From assembly GCA_905178155.1 (NCBI GenBank), contig CAJINV010000002.1, positions 558,376 through 622,375 of the forward strand: a stretch of DNA of 64,000 bases. Direction: 5' to 3'. Source of the stretch: Amoebophrya sp. A120. Its lineage: Eukaryota > Protista > Dinoflagellata. The notes beneath the pieces were generated by a model. It saw only the letters and a list, made by a program, of their open reading frames with translations, did not search any database and was not told the origin of the DNA. The translations under genes were made by a program, and so were the position numbers. Below, piece after piece: positions 38,924 to 51,700 of the stretch; position 1 is the stretch's first letter, and each line of letters starts with the position of its first letter.

Positions 38924-39703
38924 CTTCTATTCGGGTACTTGCTTTCTACGGGTAGCTGTACTATATTTGGGTAGAGGACTTCTATTCATCGGGTACGTAG
39001 TGCCATAATTGCATTTGTCGTGGTTGGTACATTGTTATTTTTTTCGTCGGGAATTTTTTCCGGTTGTTACAGGAATTTTGTAAAAATACGTTTTGAAGAC
39101 GAGCTCATTTTCCGGACCACTTCGTAGAAAAAGCTTTATGCTAAATTCGAAACAAGCCATAAGTAATACTCGCGCTTTCTGTATTCTTGAATCGATTATA
39201 CTGAAACAGAAACGCTGAAACAAAATTTGGCATCATGCCATACCCTGCGATCATACGCATAGCACATCAGCCGGGAGTTCTTCCTTCTTTACTTAACATT
39301 GGGTAAACGTCTGTGTAAAATTTCGATAAAACAGTATAAAATTTTTGCAGCACAAAGGGATCCTCTGCTCCCTGTTGTGATTTTGATTTGTGATAAAACA
39401 GTATAAAATTTGTGAGATTTTTTGAACCGATTGTTCTCCGCGACTGCTGTCGGTACTAGTTCTGTCGGTGTATAAGTTGTTAAAACAGGATAAAATTTTT
39501 GGAAATCGCATAGAGTACTGAGTTCGTCTTGAATTTTTTTGTTGGTCCTGATTCCATATTTGTGTAAACTGTGTAAAATCAAAAGGGTTTGAAATATATT
39601 AAGGCCGTGCAATACAAATTTTTTGTGAAGTAAAGTTCCATCTTCTTGTGCAGGCAAGAACAGCCTGCAATACAACTTCCAGGTCGTGCTTTTCGCACTT
39701 ACT

Positions 39704-42700
39704 TCACAACTGGTAGGTCGGAAGTAAGCACTCCGCTACCCCTGCCCCAGTAGAGACCACATGAGAATCTTCATGCGGGAGGTCTACCGCCGATGCCGAT
39801 GCGGCGTTCATCATCTTGGCGGAACCACGTGCGGGATTGGTGGTAGTGAAACTCCTATCAAATGCAAATATGTCTGGGTCTGGAAGATTGCGAGACTTGT
39901 GATGCAATTTTTCCAAGCTCCACAAAGTCTGTAATGCAGATCTTAGCATCACAAGTTCTGCAGCCCCTTGGCAATGCCTAAACTGCATGAGGAATATCCT
40001 CTCGTCAGTATGGCCAGAAGTAGGCATCTTTTGCGAGTCAGGCAAGACAGATTTTTCTTTTTGTGTGATCCGCAACATGCATTACAAGTTCCCATTCTTC
40101 CAGACCCAAACATATTTGCAATGCATAACTCCTGCCTCCACCAGTCGTCCCTGGCTTTTCCTCCACCTCGCCATCCTCCACTGACATATTCCGAGCTGGA
40201 GATGGACCTGGAACGAGTTTTCCATTCAAAAATCAATTCAAAACGAAAATGCTTGTCCAAGTTTTTGCACATGTAAAAGTAAGATGACATCAAACACCTG
40301 CTGACTCCATGCAGTAAGTTGTAAGCAGCATCGCAACAAACTGGTGCAGAAGTACCTGAGCCCGTATTTGTTTTCGCTTGCAGTTTCATCTCCGGGACGA
40401 GTAGCTGGTCCGGAAAGTTGCCGCACGCCGTGGTCTCCTGCTGGTGCTGCTGGTGAACAAGATCTTTCCTCCGAGGAGGATGTCCCCGGCGTGGGTGGTC
40501 AACTACCTCTCTGCGGTTTTCTATTCTCAACGGCGTCCTCGCGGCGCTCGCGGTCTGATCATCTTCCTGATTGCTCATGGTGCTCATGATCGACAATTTT
40601 TCCTGTCGCGAGTGGTCGATGCTGCCATGATGTCGTCGTGCAGAAGTAATCGGGCTGCAAGACGGGGAGGTAGGCGAAGAAGGTCGTCGTCGTGAACTGG
40701 AACTACTAGAGGTCAGTTTCTCATCCGCCGGCTTCTGTCCTTGTAGTCCAGTCGGGGCTCCTTGTTCCTCACCTACCAAATATAGCCGCCGGGGCGGGGG
40801 TAGTGAGGTCGTGGGCGTTTTTCTGCCGGCCGCAGCCTTGGCCGCGGCTTTGCTTTTTATGGGCTCGCCATACCGCCGCTATGCCACACGGTATGGCGTC
40901 CACTTGGGAAACGTCGCAAATTTTGGCAAATTTCCAAAATTCCTTTCCGAAAGCCAGCCCCGACGCTATGGGGCCGATCCGGGTGCCACGGGGGGCGCCC
41001 AAAAAGCGAAGAAAAACCGGGCCCATAGCATGCGGATTGGCCTTGCGCGTCTGGTACGCTTTTTATTTTTCGCGTTTTTACTTTTCACGCCGGCGCTTTT
41101 TGCAAAGCTCCCCAGGCTCTAAAACCGGCGAAAAGGCGGCCGCTTTCGCGGCCGCCCAAAATGCTCCGAAATCGCGGCCGTTCCCGGCTGTTTCGCTGTT
41201 CTGATTTTCGGCGCGCTTTTTGCGCGCCCCTTTTTGGGCGCCCCAAATCGCCAGAAACCAAGGGGGTGGGCGCCTCAGAAAGGCGCCCCTTTTGCCGGCT
41301 CCCCTGCGTCGTTTTATCAAGTGCGAGTCGATAGTTTTCGACCGGGCTTGTTTGACGGCAAAGCCCCGGCCGCTTGATAATTGCAAATTTTTTATGTCCA
41401 AAAACGCTTCCGCCCGCTTGGAAACTGCCGGTCGTTTTGCTGGCTGGGTGTCAAAAAAACTCCCCGGTTAGAACCGTTCGGTGACCTCACTACATACAAA
41501 GTAGCCCCGCGCTTCTACTCGTCCCTCGAAAACATCGTGCTCCTGCTGCTGCTGCTGGTGAACAAGATGTTCCCTCCCAGGAGGTCCTCGTCCCCGACAA
41601 CGTGGGTGGTCAACTACCTCTTCGGTCCTCGCGGCGCTCGCGGTCCGATCATTTTCCCGATTGCTCAACATGGTGCTCGTGATCGACAATTTTTCCTGCC
41701 GCAAGTCGATACTAGCATGATATCCTCGTGCCGTGGTGATCGGGCTGCCAGACAGGGTAGGCGAAGAAGGTCGTCGTGAACTGGAAGTACTAGAGTTCAG
41801 TTTTTCATCCGCCGGCTTCTGTCCTTGTACTTCAGTCGGAGCTTGATGTTCATCATCCACAAGCAAGCCTCGCGCTTCTACTCGTCCCTCGAAAACATCA
41901 TCGTGCTCCGGCAATACTGCAACGCCGACCTTGCTGTTTCCCCTACCGCCGCCGTCGTGTGGTCCTCGCAAAGGAGAGTCGTGTGAGGAGTCGGAATCGG
42001 AGTTGTCCTCATCTAGTACTCTTTCCTGGTCCCTTCTCTCGCAACTCTCGTCCGTCACTGAAAATTGCTGTACTGCCGCTTTCATCTTCCTTTCCCGTCG
42101 CTGCACGAGAAACAGTGCCACACCGATCCTCGTGGTGGCCACACACCCGGCGAGCAGGAGGGAGAGCACGGGCAGGAAGAGCAATAGGTATCCCACAGAA
42201 AAAAGCTGGCAGGTCTGATTTGTAAATGTAATGCAAAAATAAATAGACAAGACAATCTGTATTGCATATCCGAAGCAAACGCTATGGGGCCGCCCATGGC
42301 CAATTTTTCTATGTATTTATTTTTGCATTACAAATACCAGCCATGCCCCGGCTGACGCCGGGGCGCAAGGCTGTTGGGGCGGGGCAGGACTATTTGCGAA
42401 TCGGGCCACAATGCCACGGGCCCAATATAATGCACGACGAAACACACTGGGTGCCGGGTCCGGCCGCCTGTTTGCGCCGCGCCAACCCGCAGGACCGCTT
42501 GCGCGCTTCCCGCGCCTGCGGGCGCTCTGCGCAGGGGGCAGCTGCAAAGAACACCGGGGGCGAACAGAAGCCGCCCGACGCGAGAGGGTGGCGCGAGAGG
42601 GTGCGCGAGAGGGTGCGCGAGACGGTAGCGCGAGAGGGTTCGGGCCTATGCTTGAAAAGGCCGCAAAAAAACAGCCCTGCCTCGGGCGGATTCGGGTTTT

Positions 42701-45700
42701 TTTACCCCTCTCGCAGACCCTCTTTCTCACCTCTTCCGAGAGGCGTTGCTAATAGTCCGGCTATACTCGCGGGTAGAGGTCGACAGAGGTGGCCGAGAGG
42801 TGGCCCAGAGGGTGCGAGAGAGGTCTCCCCTTATTCGCGCAACCTCTCGGCACCTCTGTCCCCCTCTCGCTTGCCCTCTTTTTTACCTCTCGGCACCCTC
42901 CGAGGCGCTTAGCGGCCCTAAAGGGCGAGCGGTTCGGCGGGCTATACCCGCGCCACCTCTCGCGCACCCTCTCGAACTGCCTCCCGCGCCACCTCTCCAC
43001 CTCTGTCGACCTCTTTTTGGCCTCTTTTGACCTCTGTTTTACCTCCCGGCCACCTCTCGTCTACCCTCTACAAACCCATATTTTCGCATGAATATAATAG
43101 ATAGTAATGACCTGCCAGCTTTTTTCTCTGGGATAATAGGTAAAAGTGGTTGATGGTCCAGGAAGGTTCTGGTGGTTGCTGAGCTTCATCATCTTGAAGA
43201 TCACCTGCTTTTAATATTTCCAAGCTTTTGTTCAACGTTTGTTTTTTTCCTTCCAATTCGCTCCTGCTACCGCTTCTTTGTTCCTTGACGGTGGAGTTGT
43301 TCCCTACCCCATGTTCCCGCGTTTTCGGTCCGTCGTAAAAAGCTGCGGGGTTTTTATAAGCTGCAGAGAAATAGGGTGCAAGACGAGAAACAACACCACC
43401 GGGACCACTTCTACGACTGTCGTTGTCCTCGTGTGTTGCAGATGAGGAAGATGCCGCGGTCGAGGACCAAGTGGAATTTTTCGTCAGCGCCCGATCAAGT
43501 CGCCGGTTTTCTTCATGGACTACATCTCCCATGTTGATAGCAGCGCCGCGCAAGTTCGATCTTCTCTTCTTGCGTGGATGTGCGAGGACTTCTGCTCCTC
43601 CTGGTTCATCCGTTGTACTTGTTGTTGCGCCGCTCATTCGCATGATCTTCCTCCCAACTACATCTGCTGCGTCAAGTAGGGTTTTGCTTGTTGATGTCGA
43701 CGTAGAAGCACCAATCAAACCTGATGGGGGAGGATCTTCAGCAGGCTGCATTGTTCCCTGCACTTCGTGTTCGTCTTCCTCCGGGACAGAAGGCTGATGT
43801 CGAGGAGGTGCTGTAGCTGCTAGAAGTACAACTGCCGCATCAACGGCCTCCTCCCCAGCAACATCGGATTCAGATTCGTCCCCAGTGGACGATTCTGCAT
43901 CATCATCTTGATCTTCTTGCGGCGGCGACTGGTCGGCGTCCTCGTCGTGTAGTGGTGGGTCTGCAGGATCCTTTTCTTCTAGTTCTTCCCCTGGTCGTTC
44001 TGCTTCTTCCGCTTGTTCATCCTCCTCGGACCCAGTCTCGACTGAATCCCCCCCCTGGTCGTGGTCGAGGACCACGTCTTCTCCCAGATCCTCGTCCACA
44101 AAGTCCTCTTGCTCTGGTTGTGACCCCGATATTTTGCTTGTCGTTATTGTTCCACCCGTGGACAACGATTTCTTCGCACCGCCCCGCAAATTGAACTTCT
44201 TCTTGTTTTCCACTGGCACTGGTTGTACTAACTGATTTTCATTCTTCACGTGATCTTGCTCTTGGCCTTCTTCTAGGGCAACATTGCTCGTCCGCGTGGT
44301 GGAGGACGGGATTTGGTGTACTACACCGGCGGGTCCGTCTCGACTACTTTTAATATGATCCGTAGGTAGTTTATCATCGCGACGACCCCCTGCTCCAGAA
44401 CCCGTTGTATTACTAGCTGTTCTTTCACCTCGACCTCCGTGGCCCATGTTGAACAAAATGCTCTCACCTGCTCGTCCCAAGAAGGAAAAAAAGGAACCAG
44501 CGCTCACACCAACATCATGATCCGGAGCGGTTTCTTCATCTCGTTTCTTCATTTTCTCCTCTTGCTCCGTTCTTGGTGGTCGTGTCGCAGTATCTTCCAG
44601 GAACGCAACTCTGCTGGTGCCAGTCACGGAAGTTTGCGTCCTCACGCCACCTCGCAAGTTCGATTTCTTCGTGCGCGACGTGCCGCTAGAAGTAGTACTG
44701 CCGTCCAGGTTCGTTACTGTTCTCGGAGTAGAAGGTCTTTCGTGAGGTGATGCACTAGTCGACGAGGGGGAGGAGTCCTGCGTGAAGATGCTGTCGTTCT
44801 TCTTCTCGTCCTGGGGTGAAGAAGATGATGGTCCTCCAGGAGCTTCCTCCACCGTGGCCGCTCCAGTGGAGGAAAAGGTGGTCAGCAAAAAACTGGTGGC
44901 AGGTGTCAAGTCTTCTTCAACAGGAACAGCCTCTTCTCGTTCCGCATCTACTTGTACGTGTGCAGTTTCAGCTTGTCGTTGTTGTACCACGACCTCAGCT
45001 GGTGCAGCTACAGTGAGTTTTGCGGTTGCTACTTCATTTTTTGCAGCTGCTGCTATTTCTTCTTGTTGCAAGAACCGACTTTTACCACGTTCATCGGGAC
45101 CCGCTCCAGGAAGATCAGGTTCGCCGACATGGGGAGCTGTTGTACTAGACCCCGCTTCAGCCACTTGTACTTCTTCATGTTGATGTTGACCAGGTGCAGG
45201 ATTAAGATGCTGCTCTTCGTTCTCTGTCCCGCTCACCGGATGATTCCTCGCGGTTCCCGGCAGATGAGCTTCCACCTCATCCGCCTCTAACAGGGATGTT
45301 GACGCCCTACTGTCAACATGTCCATCTTCGCTGGATGATGAATGAACACGCACTGTTGATGCAGCAGGAACAGAGGAAGGAGGAGGAGCTACAGCTAGTG
45401 CATCACCTTGATTACTTTCCGGCAGTTTTGAAGATGCTGAAGTTGAAGACCATGTGGATCGTCGTGTAGTTTTTTGCATCATCGAAGACGCAGCTGCTGC
45501 TGCTGCTGCTGAACCCAACGTGTTTTTTTTCTTCTTTTTCTTGTTCTTCCCACCGGAAGTAGTGCCACTTGATGTTCTTGCGGTACTAGTACTAATATCG
45601 CGGTCTAGTTCATCATCATCACCGCCCCCTTCTTCATGATCCTCGTCTTTATTCTTGTTCTATGACAGTGCTCAACTCCCCCTCCCCCTCATTTGTCATG

Positions 45701-48700
45701 CAAAATACCCAAGCCACCCTTTGACTCTTAGCACTGTTTGCATGACACGTTCTGGTTGCCCAAATAGCACTACTTACACTCCAGTGCAAATTTGTCATGC
45801 AAAACCGGCATTCTTGCTTAGGCTGGTATTGCCGTTCATGCGATACAAATGAGGGTGAGGGGGAGTTGTGCACTGTCATATATTCCGGCGGACTTTGCTC
45901 ACGTCCTTCATCCGGAAGGCTGGCCCGACATCGCGGTCAGCAGCTCTCTTCTTGTTCCCCGCAATAGCACCCGCCACGGTCAATCCTGCCGCTCCTGCTC
46001 CGGCAAGTGCGGGATGGTCCGCGACGACTTTGAGGCCGAGGTTGCGGAGCTTGTCGTCGACTTCGCGATCGTACGTCAGGTCGAGTTGCTTCCTCCAAGC
46101 CGGTATCTTGTCCACGTGCTCCGTCAAATCGGTGAGCGCATTTTTCTATGGATAGCAAAAGTATCGCACTTCTACTAGTAGTAGTAGTCGCATTCATGCA
46201 ATACAAATTTCTTTCTCAAGTTAAATCCGCATTACAAATTTTTGTTTCTCATGGTGACGAAATTTGTCATGCGATTTAATATACTAGGACGATGCTTTTG
46301 CATTTCATATTTTCAGTGCAGCGTTTTTTGAATCGTCGGGGCGTAGTTCATCACTGGAAAAGTCAATTGGAGGCTGCGCGCCGCTTTCGATCATCCTGAG
46401 GAAAAACGTCCCCATAGTACCAGAGTCAAGATGGAGAATCTCGTTCGTTCGTTCGTTGTGGATCGGCTCTGCCGACCGGGTAACCCAACGCCTTGCATAT
46501 AAATGACCGACTTAGGCGAACCCCGTTGCGGGCATACAAATTGGCCGTACGGAAGGGCCCTAAGCGCTACATACATAGTTCACCCTAAGCGCCTACCACT
46601 TCGGTCTGGGACCTCGTCTACCTGATCCTGGGGGTCCACAGCGCACTAGCCCTTTGCTAGCATAAACAGACTGGGTTCTAAAAACTGACTTAACTCCCTC
46701 CATCCTTTCAACAGTAAGGCCATCATAAAGGTGCGCTAAAAAAGGTTCGGGGCGCTCCGTACGGAAGGGAGCCTTTCGACGCGGCGTACACTCTCCTGTA
46801 GAGGTTTACGCGGAACACGGATGGGCCGCGCACGCAACTCAGTCGAGGAGGACACACGCTATCCTCAATAACAGAGGCGGTAGTCCCTCACGGCGGCTGG
46901 CCTGTCTGAAGACTGTAAGCCCCACCTCCCATCTTCCCGGTTCGTCAATGACTCGGGCGAGCCATGTTACTTAGACTCCCCGCACATGCAAATATGGGAC
47001 GGCTGGGGGGGTTTAAAAGGTGCTCGCGCCGTTCATGATCTACTATAAAAGAAATAGTCTACTATAAAGAGAATCTGCTAGACAAATCGGCCAACTTTGG
47101 CTGTTTCGCATGACAAGTTTGTGCTCGTAGTGTCATGATCCTGAGTAGCTAGTTTAGCAGCATCACAGATCTAGCATATCATGCTATTTCTAGCATCACA
47201 AATCCCAAAACGCGACTAGAAAAACCTTCTCATGGGGCTTTGCATGAGAAACTTTTTTGGCATGCAAATTTGCATGACAACTCTGGGATGGGGACGTTTT
47301 TACTCAGGATATCGATTTCCTCAAAGTCAACGGGCTGCGGGTATCAAAAGGAAAAATCCCCCCACCCCATATCGAAATGTAAATCTGTGATGCGGGATTT
47401 GTGTACACAAATTGGCTTTGTAGTGCAGGAAGGCATCGCGGCCAGGTCCCCAGACTATGCAGGGGCGTATCGGTCTAGTTGTTCAGCATGGCAAACGGCT
47501 CCGCTTTAGTCCCAACAGCATGACAAATCGCCTCCATAATGGGGGCGAAGCTTTTGCCCTTGTCTTCTTGCAAGACAGACGTGATTTGTGACCTCAAATC
47601 AGCAACAGAAATTTCCGGAGAGATACCTTTTCGATATGGGGAGGGGGGATTTTTCCTCTCAATAGCGGGTGCGGGTCCGCGACTTGCTTGACATAGGCTT
47701 CTATCCTGTGCTTAAAGTATCGCACTCGTATAAAAAAATGCATTACAAATTATTTCCTCAGCATGATAAATAAAGTTTGTAATGCGGATTCAGCTTCAGA
47801 AAAAAATTTGTAATGCATGATTGCAGTTACAGTTAGTACGAGTACGATACTTTTGCACAGGATAGCTTCTATGTTCTCGGTCAACCGGTCTTGGTCGCCT
47901 GGTGACAATCGGTGGTAGAACTTGAAAAATTGTTCCTTGGTGTCGAGGTTCGCCGGCAGGATATGTCCATTATCCTTCAGACCGTCTAGCAGCCGTTTGT
48001 GGAACTCTATTTGCTCCTCGCTCGCCCCAGACCCATTGGCCAACTCGTTATAAAAGAGAAAAAAGAACAAGGCAGGGGGTATCTGTAATGCAAAAATGAA
48101 TTACTAGGCTACACAGAAAAAACTGTCATGGACGGCCCCGCCATAGGATGCTGTTTAGAATCGATCCGCAATTAGATTTAGATTTTCTTTGTGTGTATGT
48201 TTTTGCATTACAAATGTGACGTGCCTGCTTTTTTCTGTGCTGTGATAATCGTCGAATGGAAACCAGTCCTTTGGAAAGTTCTATCCTCTGTAAACACGTC
48301 CCCTCCCCAACATAGTTGTCATGCAATTCAGCATGCTCAAAATGTTTCTCATGCGGAGCCGCATGACAAGCTTTTTCTAGTCGTGTTTTGGAATTTGTTA
48401 TGCTCCAAGCATGGTAATAGGCTAGATCTGTGAAGATGCTGCTGAACAAGCTGAACATTATTGGCCCACTACGAGGACGCTAAAGAACTACTTGTCATGC
48501 GCAACAACCAAAGCTGATTGATTTGTCTAGCAGATTTCCCAGCTTGTTGACTATGGGCGGGGGAACGTTTGTTCTGCTCCGGATAAGTATGCACTGAAAA
48601 AGCATCGTGCTCCTGGTAATTGCAAGAATGCATTACAAATCTTTTTCTGAAGCAAAGTCCGCATTAGAAATCTTTATTTCTCATACTGAGGAAATTTTCT

Positions 48701-51700
48701 GTATATGCATTTATACGAGTAGGAGTACGATACTTTTGCAGTGCATAATAAGTTCTCCCCCGTCGTCATCCCCGCAATTTCGCTTGTGTCAAACAGGTGT
48801 GAGTATTGATCACCGCACGCTATCGCAAGAAAAAACTGTGTCAGGGGTCTCAACTTGTAATGCGCAACTTCCTTGAGTAGACTGTTTTTTGTCATGCTCG
48901 ATAATATGCAAGAAAGTCGTTTTCTCTACGTGTTTTCCCTTCTTGTGTCGGACGCATCACAAGTTTTGCGTGACATGCTGTGCAAATTTGTATTGCTAAG
49001 TCTGCAAAGGTTTGCGACTGAGACAGTTTTTTCTCACGATATTTGCGAGGGTTTCTCCTTTAATCCTCGGCAGCATATGCTGTGCAAAAGTATCCTATTC
49101 GTACTAACTGCAATCGAATCGTGCATTACAAATCTGATTCCCAAGTAGGTCAATCAGCATGACAAAAAACTTCATTTTTCATGTTGAAGAAATTTGTCAT
49201 GCGGTTTCTACTAGTACGATACTTTTGCAAAAATGCATACAGCATCGACGTCAGTTCGGCCCTCTGCGAGCTCGATAGCCCCTTCACGTAAGTCAGCCAA
49301 TCCTCGCGCGTGAGTTGTTGCTGCTGGTTCAAACCCAGGGCCGGTAACTTGCCCGCTGTGTCGTGGATGGCGGCTTTCAACCCCTGCCCTTCGACTTCGT
49401 TCAGCGGAAAGGGGTATCAAATGCAAATGTGTCAGGGTCTGGAAGGATGCAACTTGTGATGCTACCTTTGGACTCTACATAAAATCTGTAATTGCATGAA
49501 CAGCAAAAGAGCCAACAGGTGTAATTTGTGCTACGCGGAGAGGGCATTTCTCATGCTGTATGAGCATCAGAAAGCCCTCGCAAAATCTCTGATGCTAGGG
49601 CATGCGTCGCAGACCTCATGGGTTATGCAAAATCTGCATGACAAACTTCTGCATTCTTCCAGACCCAGACACTTTTGCAATCCATAAGGGGTCTGTGCCG
49701 TCGTGGCCCCGCAGATCTCCGGGAATAGCGTTTTATGAAATGCAAAAGCATCGTACTAGTATAAATCGCATGACAAATTTCCTCAGCATGAGAAATAAAA
49801 TTTGTAATGCACCTTTGCCTTAGAGAAGAGATTTGCAATGCATGACTGCAATTACTACGAGTACGATACTTTTGCAGTTCATACGTTTTCGAAGTACTGC
49901 GTGTTCTGGCCCAGGTGTTCCTCGGTGATCCGTATCGTAAGGAAAAATTCTATTCCCCCTCCCGCCCATATCGAAAAGCAAATTTGTGATGCTGGTTTGT
50001 GATCACAAGTCGACTTGTATTGCTAGAAGGCCAAAAGACGCACCTGCCCCCCTCGTTATTTGCAGCCAATTTGTCATGCTGTTTCGCGTTTCCAGTTGCT
50101 TCCTGTCATGCTGAAGACGCAAGGCTTTCCGCCCAGGCCAGCCAGCACTGCAATCCGCATCTCTACTTCCCTTCTAACATGACAACGCGATTTTTTGTGA
50201 TCACAAATCATGCTACACAAATCTGCCTTGGAGTATGGGGATCATGGGGCATTTTATTTCCTTTTGATAATCCGCACAAAGTCTTCTTTCTCTTCGGCCG
50301 ATATCGGCGTCGAGGGGAAGTTTTCCAAAAAAAAGTCATGCAGGTCCGCGCTGTTGTCAAGCTTTCCCAGTTTGTTTTTCCACGCGTTTTCTTCCAGTTT
50401 CAAATCCGGAATGGCCTTCGCAAGCTTTTCATAATAAGCGGTTTTTTCCGTGTCGCTCAAATTTTCCAGGTATCAAATGTAAAAATGTCTGGGTCTGGAA
50501 GAATGCGCGACTTGTCATGCAGCTTTTCCATGACCCATGAAGCCTGGAATGCAGGACCTAGCATGACAGATTCTGCGCGATCTCTCTCATGCCTATCCTG
50601 CATGAGAAACTCCCTCCCGACTTGGTCAAAACAGGACGACTTTTGGCAATCATGCAACACAGATTTTTGCATGCTTCAGATTTAGCATGACAAGTTGCGT
50701 TCTTCCAGACCCAGACATTTTTACGTTTGATACCAGGGGAAACACGTCGATGCGTTCCGGTAACTATGAACTGCAAAAGTATCCGATACTTGTATAAATG
50801 CATTGCAAACTTCCCCAACATGATGAGAAAGAAAATTTGTGATGCGGATTTACCTTTAAAAAAAGGTTTGTAAATGCATGATTGCAATACGAGTATCAGA
50901 TACTTTTGCACAGGATAGTAACTTGGTATCCAGCTCGTGATCCGTCCACGACGTGTGATCGTCGCGCAAATCGTATTACAGTGAAAAGTGCCCCCCACCT
51001 CCCCTGAAATTGCAAATATTTGTGATGCGCAGTTTCCAAATGAAAACTTTTTGTCGTGCATGAAAGGAGTATGAATCTTTCTGATGGATGCAGTAGAGTC
51101 TAGGCGTGTATCGCACCGCTTGCATGACAAGCGCCGCTCTTGCTGGGGTCTTTTGCAATGCAAATTTTTGCTATTCACGATCGCAAACCTGTGATGCTGA
51201 TAGATGCAAGAGGGCGAATGTTTCATTTGAAACGGTTTGCAATACAAATGCTCCCAAGTAGTTCGGGGGTGGGGGCATTTTTCATTGTAATAAATGGGCC
51301 TTCACCACTTCGTGCAGGTCACCCGCTTGCTCCGTGTATGAATTGCATCAAAAGTATCGCACTCGTTGTACTCGTCGCAGTCGTGCATTAGAAATCTCGA
51401 TCTTAAGGCAAATCCGCATTACAAATTCAATTTGTAATGCTGATCCAATTTGTATTGCAATTTATAGATACAACTATAACCATACTTCTTTTGCAATGCA
51501 TACCGTGGTCAAGTCGCTCATTTTGTTTGACACGTAATCTTGCCACTCCTCCTCTGTGAGGAATAGACCGAAGTCCGGTTTCGGCAGTGCACTTCCGGCG
51601 GCGCGGGCCTTGTTGATTTCGTCCACCAGCGCCGCCGTTTCGGCCGGGTTCGCGGCGATGCCGGGCATGTGCTGGGACTGGAAGTTGTTCTGGGACTGGA

